IMG/VR virus record: IMGVR_UViG_2681813234_000009
Span: 1-7,677 of that record
Source: a virus
Taxonomy: Duplodnaviria; Heunggongvirae; Uroviricota; Caudoviricetes
DNA length: 7,677 nt
Strand: one strand, 5' to 3'
In this document: piece after piece, positions 3,900 to 7,677 of the stretch
How the letters are laid out: each line of letters begins with the position of its first letter
Position numbering within the stretch: the stretch's first letter is position 1
Translations under genes and position numbers: made by a program
Notes under the pieces: generated by a model
Told to the model about the DNA's origin: nothing
Seen by the model: only the letters and a program-made list of their open reading frames with translations
Database searches by the model: none

Positions 3900-6371
3900 A
3901 TGAGTAAAGTCTTTATTTGCGCCGCCATTCCGGACGAACAGGCAATAAAGGAAGAAGGTGCAGTCGCTGTAGCCACTGCCATTGAAGCCGGCGACGAACG
4001 CCGCGCCCGAGCCAAATTTACCTGGCAATTCCTGGAGCAATATCCGGCTGCTCAGGACTGCGCTTATAAATTTCTTGTTTGCGAGGATAAACCCGGCATG
4101 CCCCGCCCTGCCATCGACTCCTGGGATACCGAATATATGCAGGAAAACTGCTGGGATGAGGAATCCGCTTCCTTTATTCCGGTCGAACCAGAATCCGATC
4201 CGATGAACGTCAATTTTGACAAGCTGTCCCCTGAAGTACAGAACGCGGTCCTGGTTAAGTTCGACACATGTGAAAACATCACCGTTGATATGGTTATTAG
4301 CGCACAGGAATTGTTGCAGGAAGACATGGCAACATTCGACGGACATATCGTTGAAGCGTTGATGAAAATGCCAGAAGTTAACGCCATGTATCCGGAGCTT
4401 AAGTTGCACGCCATTGGGTGGGTTAAGCATAAATGTATTCCTGGTGCTAAATGGCCCGAAATTCAGGCAGAGATGCGCATCTGGAAAAAACGTCGCGAAG
4501 GTGAACGCAAGGAAACCGGAAAATACACGTCTGTTGTTGATCTCGCCCGCGCCAGAGCCAATCAACAGTACACTGACAATTCAACAGGAAAAATCAGCCC
4601 GGTCATTGCTGCCACTCATCGCGAATACAAGCAGACATGGAAAACACTGGATGACGAACTGGCCTACGCTCTCTGGCCTGGTGATGTGGATGCCGGAAAC
4701 ATTGACGGCAGCATCCATCGCTGGGCAAAAAATGAAGTTATCGACAACGACCGCGAAGACTGGAAGCGTATCTCGGCATCAATGCGCAAACAGCCTGATG
4801 CCCTTCGCTACGACCGACAGACTATTTTTGGCCTTGTCCGTGAACGTCCGATCGACATTCACAAAGACCCTGTGGCACTGAACAAATACATTACTGAATA
4901 CCTGACTACAAAGGGCGTGTTTGAAGATGAAGGAACAAATCAGAGCGCAACTGATACTCTCTCGTCGCCAGTACCAGAAACTGATGCAGTGGAAACGGCA
5001 ATTCCGGACAACGAAAAAACCGAATGCAAAGTTGAAGTCGAACCATCTGTAGAGCGTGAGGGGCCGTTCTACTTCCTCTTCACAGATAAGGATGGCGAAA
5101 AATATGGTCGCGCAAACAAACTTTCTGGTCTGAATAAGGCGCTGACTGCAGGGGCTACTGAAATCACGAAAGAAGAATATTTTGCCCGTAAAAACGGTAC
5201 ATACTCAGGTTCACAACAAAATACTGGTGCATCTGACACGACCGCACAACCAGAGCCGGTAAAAGTTACCGCTGACGAAGTAAACAAAATTATGCAGGCA
5301 GCCAATATCAGCCAGCCTGACGCCGATAAGTTGCTTGCTGTATCACGTGGTGAATTTGTTGCAGGGATTAGCGACCCGAATGATCCGAAATGGGTGAAGG
5401 GGATTGAAACCCGCGATTCAGTGAATCAGAACCAGCAAGAAACGGAACAGAACGACCAGAAAGCGGAACAAAACAGCCCAAATGCGTTACAAAACGAGCC
5501 AGAAACGAAACAACCTGAGCCAGTAGCGCAACAGGAAGCGGAAAAAGTCTGCACCGCCTGCGGTCAGACCGGCGGCGGCAACTGCCCTGATTGTGGTGCG
5601 GTGATGGGCGACGCAACATACCAAGAAACATTCGATGACAAGAACCAGGTTGAAGTTCAGGAAGACGATTCGGAGAAAATGGAAGGCGCTGAACATCCAC
5701 ACAAAGAGAATGCTGGCAGCGCTCAGGATCACGCCAGCGATAGTGAAACTGGCGAGACGGCAGATCCCTTAATTACGGTGAACGGTCATCACGTTATCAC
5801 ATCCACCAGCAGGACGTGTGACCATCTAATGATCGACCTTGAAACCATGGGAAAAAATCCTGATGCCCCGATTATCTCAATAGGTGCAATATTTTTCGAT
5901 CCGCAAACCGGAGATATGGGACCGGAATTTAGTAAGACTATCGATCTGGAAACTGCTGGCGGAGTCATTGATCGGGACACCATTAAATGGTGGCTTAAGC
6001 AATCACGCGAAGCGCAATCTGCCATTATGACCGATGAAATCCCGTTAGATGATGCACTGTTACAATTGCGGGAATTTATCGACGAAAACTCCGGTGAATT
6101 TTTTGTTCAGGTCTGGGGAAATGGAGCCAACTTCGACAACACGATTTTGCGCCGTTCATACGAACGGCAGGGGATCCCCTGCCCGTGGCGTTACTACAAC
6201 GATCGCGATGTACGCACAATCGTTGAGCTGGGGAAAGCCATAGACTTCGATGCCAGAACGGCTATTCCATTCGAAGGTGAGCGCCATAATGCACTTGATG
6301 ACGCCCGTTACCAGGCAAAATACGTTTCAGCAATCTGGCAAAAACTGATCCCGAATCCGGTTGATTTTTAA
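3900..6371 (+). CDS. ydfE: Large YdfE-like prophage protein, 823 aa: N-terminal YdfE-homologous region, low-complexity Q/E/N-rich linker, CxxC-x7-CxxC motif, C-terminal DEDDh-type 3'-5' exonuclease domain
   Basis: Uninterrupted 2.47 kb ORF with GAGG upstream. N-terminus MSKVFICAAIPDEQAIKEEGAVAVA... matches my recollection of K-12 YdfE. C-terminus carries DEDDh motifs: D646-x-E648 (MIDLETMG), N-FD (GNGANFDNT) and H796-x4-D801 (HNALDDARY). Cys551/554/562/565 form a CxxC-x7-CxxC motif. Confidence 0.85.
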   Translation: MSKVFICAAIPDEQAIKEEGAVAVATAIEAGDERRARAKFTWQFLEQYPAAQDCAYKFLVCEDKPGMPRPAIDSWDTEYMQENCWDEESASFIPVEPESDPMNVNFDKLSPEVQNAVLVKFDTCENITVDMVISAQELLQEDMATFDGHIVEALMKMPEVNAMYPELKLHAIGWVKHKCIPGAKWPEIQAEMRIWKKRREGERKETGKYTSVVDLARARANQQYTDNSTGKISPVIAATHREYKQTWKTLDDELAYALWPGDVDAGNIDGSIHRWAKNEVIDNDREDWKRISASMRKQPDALRYDRQTIFGLVRERPIDIHKDPVALNKYITEYLTTKGVFEDEGTNQSATDTLSSPVPETDAVETAIPDNEKTECKVEVEPSVEREGPFYFLFTDKDGEKYGRANKLSGLNKALTAGATEITKEEYFARKNGTYSGSQQNTGASDTTAQPEPVKVTADEVNKIMQAANISQPDADKLLAVSRGEFVAGISDPNDPKWVKGIETRDSVNQNQQETEQNDQKAEQNSPNALQNEPETKQPEPVAQQEAEKVCTACGQTGGGNCPDCGAVMGDATYQETFDDKNQVEVQEDDSEKMEGAEHPHKENAGSAQDHASDSETGETADPLITVNGHHVITSTSRTCDHLMIDLETMGKNPDAPIISIGAIFFDPQTGDMGPEFSKTIDLETAGGVIDRDTIKWWLKQSREAQSAIMTDEIPLDDALLQLREFIDENSGEFFVQVWGNGANFDNTILRRSYERQGIPCPWRYYNDRDVRTIVELGKAIDFDARTAIPFEGERHNALDDARYQAKYVSAIWQKLIPNPVDF

Positions 6372-6437
6372 TGTTCAACCCTGATCGCCGTCCCCGAATT
6401 ATATTGGCGGCGGTCATGCTGTAAGGCACGTGACCAC

Positions 6438-6689
6438 ATGTACGAATTAACTCTATCGCCAGCAGAGATTCAAGAGATCACGAAATACGAGCGATACACA
6501 AAACAGCAACACCAGTTAAGGCTGCACGGTATCCCATTTGTAATCGGTCCTAAAAACGAACCAATAGTTCTTCGCAGGGATATTCCACACGGACTGACTA
6601 CGATGCCAAAAGCACCTGAACTGGTTTCCGCTGAACCCGATTTTGAGGCGCTGAACAATGGGAAGACCAAGAAAAAACAAAAAAGATAA
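6438..6689 (+). CDS. xis: Putative excisionase (Xis-like), 83 aa
   Basis: Small ORF immediately upstream of int, overlapping it by 32 nt as lambda xis overlaps int. N-terminus MYELTL resembles lambda Xis MYLTL; basic C-terminal tail NNGKTKKKQKR resembles the lambda Xis tail. Weak RBS. Confidence 0.55.
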   Translation: MYELTLSPAEIQEITKYERYTKQQHQLRLHGIPFVIGPKNEPIVLRRDIPHGLTTMPKAPELVSAEPDFEALNNGKTKKKQKR

Positions 6690-7677
6690 TGCACTACCAC
6701 CGCGTGTTAGATCGAATGGTTACAGTTACGTATGGAAACCCGAAGGAAGCACAAGAACTATAGGGCTCGGAAGAGTGCGGGAAACCAGCGTAGCTAAAGT
6801 CTGGCAAAATTATGAGCTGGAAAAAGCAAAACTCCACAACATAATGACAGTAGCTAAATTATGGCACATGTTTATGGACTCCCCTGCATTTACAGAACTG
6901 GCCCCCCGAACCCAAAAAGATTATCGGCAACATCAAAGGGCATTGTTGGCAGTATTCGGAAAAGTGCTTGCTGATAATGTAAAAATTGAACAGGTAAGAA
7001 TTTTCATGGATAAGCGAGGACTTGAGAGCAAGACCCAGGCAAACCATGAACTGGCAAGTCTGAGCCGTGTATACGGATGGGGATATGAGCGTGGGTATGT
7101 GAAAAATAATCCATGCAAAGGAGTCAGAAAATTCACACTTAAAGCCCGTACTGTTTACATCACCGATGAACAGTATGCTGCAATATATGCGGAAGCAATT
7201 CCACAGTTACGTATTGCAATGGAGATATCCTATCTTTGTGCGGCAAGGCTCGGTGATGTACTCGAGCTGAAATGGCAGGATATTATGGAGAAAGGGATTT
7301 ACATTGAGCAAAACAAGACCGGCACTAAACAAATCAAGGAATGGTCTCCGCGATTACGTACGGCGATCCAGTTAGCCCGAAATGTATCTTCCGGCACATG
7401 CGAGTATGTGATCAACACAACCAAAGGCGGGAAGGTAATAGCCAAGACGCTGAACAACTGGTGGAATCAGGCTAAACGTGCAGCCGAGCAAAAAGCCGGC
7501 GTTCCGTTTGGGTGCAACTTCCATGACATAAAAGCCAAAGGGATTTCAGATTACGAAGGCAGCAGTCGCGACAAACAAATTTTCAGTGGACACAAAACAG
7601 AAAATCAGGTGTTGATTTACGATCGTAAAACCAAAATAACACCAACACTGGATTTGCCGCTTGTGGTCAGTAAGTAG
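6658..7677 (+). CDS. int: Lambda-family tyrosine integrase, 339 aa, apparently intact
   Basis: N-terminus MGRPRKNKKDNALPPRVRSNGYSYVWKPEGSTRTIGLGR parallels the lambda Int arm-binding N-terminus as I recall it (MGRRRSHERRDLPPNLYIRNNGYYCYRDPRTGKEFGLGRD). Catalytic-region motifs AARLGD (Arg), FHDIKAKG, SGHKTENQVLIYD (His...Tyr). Stop TAG at 7675-7677 is the last triplet of the window. Confidence 0.9.
   Translation: MGRPRKNKKDNALPPRVRSNGYSYVWKPEGSTRTIGLGRVRETSVAKVWQNYELEKAKLHNIMTVAKLWHMFMDSPAFTELAPRTQKDYRQHQRALLAVFGKVLADNVKIEQVRIFMDKRGLESKTQANHELASLSRVYGWGYERGYVKNNPCKGVRKFTLKARTVYITDEQYAAIYAEAIPQLRIAMEISYLCAARLGDVLELKWQDIMEKGIYIEQNKTGTKQIKEWSPRLRTAIQLARNVSSGTCEYVINTTKGGKVIAKTLNNWWNQAKRAAEQKAGVPFGCNFHDIKAKGISDYEGSSRDKQIFSGHKTENQVLIYDRKTKITPTLDLPLVVSK

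Noticed and set aside
3873-6243. Alternative-frame and antisense ORFs nested in the 823-aa gene (3873-4565(-), 3982-4206(+), 4064-4414(-), 4414-4881(+), 5069-5305(-), 5368-5700(-), 5487-5732(-), 5789-6025(-), 6049-6243(+))
   Set aside because: All lie within one long uninterrupted frame with recognisable domain motifs; the nested frames give low-complexity or Arg/Ser/Cys-rich translations typical of off-frame reading.
6372-6437. Short hairpin CGCCG...CGGCG between the large ORF and xis as a terminator
   Set aside because: Stem is only about 5 bp with a 14-nt loop and no following T-tract; not convincing as an intrinsic terminator.
6470-7136. Minus-strand ORFs 6470-6700, 6859-7047 and 6933-7136
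   Set aside because: Antisense to the xis-like and int genes, whose plus-strand frames carry clear lambda Xis/Int-like features.

Overview
This 7.7 kb window reads as one contiguous segment of a lambdoid prophage of the Qin/DicB type from an enterobacterium, running from the immunity switch to the integrase. All calls come from reading the sequence and the supplied ORF track; no database search was run, and family names are from memory. Left to right: a CII-like regulator and a Cro-like HTH protein on the minus strand (stop/start overlap ATGA), a 92 bp operator region with repeated CTAAAA/TTTTAG half-sites, then a CI-like repressor (HTH plus S24 peptidase-like domain) on the plus strand with a terminator and a 30 bp palindrome downstream. 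Next come a ydfA-like small gene and a 124-aa unknown ORF. An AT-rich stretch follows, carrying a convergent minus-strand gene for a 148-aa two-transmembrane protein; this is the best candidate for an undescribed accessory (exclusion or abortive-infection type) function. After it lies about 450 bp of GC-rich, hairpin-dense non-coding sequence ending in a DicF-like sRNA terminator, then a 19 bp perfect inverted repeat bracketing the leader of dicB, then dicB and ydfD. The largest gene is an intact 823-aa YdfE-like protein with a CxxC-x7-CxxC motif and a C-terminal domain carrying DEDDh 3'-5' exonuclease motifs. The window ends with an Xis-like gene overlapping a lambda-family tyrosine integrase whose stop codon is the last triplet, so the attachment site should lie just beyond.
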